In this document: positions 12,811 through 13,705 of the stretch, piece by piece
How positions within the stretch are numbered: the first letter of the stretch is position 1
How the letters are laid out: each line of letters opens with the position of its first letter
From: a virus
Lineage: Duplodnaviria; Heunggongvirae; Uroviricota; Caudoviricetes
IMG/VR virus record: IMGVR_UViG_3300036715_001196
Coordinates: 64,001 to 77,705 of that record
Strand: one strand, 5' to 3'
DNA length: 13,705 nucleotides
The notes under the pieces: generated by a model
The model's input: the letters and a program-made list of their open reading frames with translations, nothing else
Databases searched by the model: none
Told to the model about the DNA's origin: nothing
Translations under genes and position numbers: made by a program

Positions 12811-12844
12811 CAGCTGAGTGTAAATGCGATATAATGTATTTACA
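12807..12844 (+). promoter_or_regulatory. sigma70-type promoter with the -10 inside an inverted repeat
   Basis: TTGACA-17-TATAAT; TGTAAAT/ATTTACA. Confidence 0.9.
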
Positions 12845-12865
12845 TTGATACACAGGAGTTTGAAA

Positions 12866-13045
12866 ATGAAATTCGGTAAGTGGCTAGTGTACGCAAAAGG
12901 GAAAGTATCGGAACTTCCCAAAGAAGTTACAGCAAGCTGGGATCTAGATTTTGTGCCTCATGACACAGAGCTCTTAGTATTTGCAACACAGGGCGGCTTT
13001 AGCTGGGTACGTGCAACTGACAAAGCAGAAGAGTATGCACAGTGA
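12866..13045 (+). CDS. Small protein, 59 aa (start reassigned from 12824)
   Basis: AGGAG RBS; ATG 30 nt after TATAAT 12830-12835. Confidence 0.78.
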   Translation: MKFGKWLVYAKGKVSELPKEVTASWDLDFVPHDTELLVFATQGGFSWVRATDKAEEYAQ

Positions 13046-13133
13046 AAAGAGTAATTATAAACACATTAGCATTCCTAATTTGTGTGTTTGCAATTGCCGG
13101 TCCGTTTTTAATATACACGTTTCAAACCTAGAG

Positions 13134-13363
13134 AGCAATATTAGATTGCTATTTTTATTTGCTATTTTTATTTCCTATTTTTGCCTCGTGTTCTGACCAC
13201 AGGCCTATATGTAAAACACGAGAGCATATACGCGCTACCCTACATAAACTAAAAAGCAATCTAATATTGCTTTTTTATTTCCTATTTTTACCTCGCTGCT
13301 TGCCTGCCGTCGCCTATATGTAAAACACGAGAGCATATACTCGCTACCCTACATAAACTAAAA
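13134..13363. repeat. Two imperfect direct-repeat units, each with a 17-bp palindromic site, a T-rich tract and a 52-nt block
   Basis: 52-nt block at 13203-13254 and 13312-13363 (1 mismatch). The 17-mers at 13134-13150 and 13255-13271 are exact reverse complements. Confidence 0.88.
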
Positions 13364-13705
13364 GACTATGTCTTGACACCTTTACCATTTAAGGATAGAT
13401 ACCTCACGCATTAAACACGGACCTAAAGCAGGTTATAGATTATCTCCGAGGTACTAAAAGACTTGTTGACAAATGACAACACAGATACCTCACGCATTAA
13501 ACACGAACCTAAAGCAGGTTATACATTGTCCCCGAGGTACTAAAAGACTATGTCTTGACACCTTTACCATTTAAGGATAGATACCTCACGCATTAAACAC
13601 GAACCTAAAGCAGGTTATACATTGTCCCCGAGGTACTAAAAGACTATGTCTTGACACCTTTACCATTTAAGGATAGATACCTCACGCATTAAACACGAAC
13701 CTAAA
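13358..13705. repeat. Non-coding tandem array with 96/86/96-nt units plus a partial fourth, running off the window
   Basis: CTAAAAGACT starts at 13358, 13454, 13540 and 13636. The complete units contain TTGACA and TACCTC-N42-GAGGTA. Confidence 0.93.

Noticed and set aside
12981-13196. ORF 12981..13196 (+)
   Set aside because: Overlaps the 12866 gene out of frame and runs into a T-rich repeat, which explains its apparent hydrophobic tail.
13358-13705. CRISPR array
   Set aside because: The variable segments are not unique (three of four are identical), the constant part (~67 nt) is too long, and there are no cas genes.
1-13705. tRNA or rRNA genes, integrase, transposase, and phage structural or replication genes
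   Set aside because: None is recognisable, so the phage origin rests on gene size, promoter density and architecture only.

Overview
This 13.7 kb window looks like the early (host-takeover) accessory region of a large lytic phage. That attribution is inferred from architecture; no hallmark structural or replication gene is present. About 30 short genes, all but one on the + strand, are preceded by 27 near-consensus sigma70 promoters, roughly one per 500 bp. Fifteen of these put the -10 box exactly 30 nt before an RBS-led ATG, and 11 upstream stop codons are the TGA inside the next promoter's TTGAC. The main feature is an array of at least 9 paralogues (8 complete, 1 partial). Each has constant N- and C-terminal domains around 13-23 shuffled 12-nt modules encoding Ala-Ala-X-X. 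One copy is fused to a foreign domain and one is decaying. The only family-level functional call is a SprT-like HExxH metalloprotease. Promoters after 10400 carry their -10 box inside unrelated inverted repeats. The non-coding zones (8364-8981, 11705-11816, 12110-12350, 13046-13705) hold terminators, a candidate ~115-nt small RNA, and a recurrent TACCTC...ACCT/AGGT...GAGGTA element that ends the window as a tandem array.
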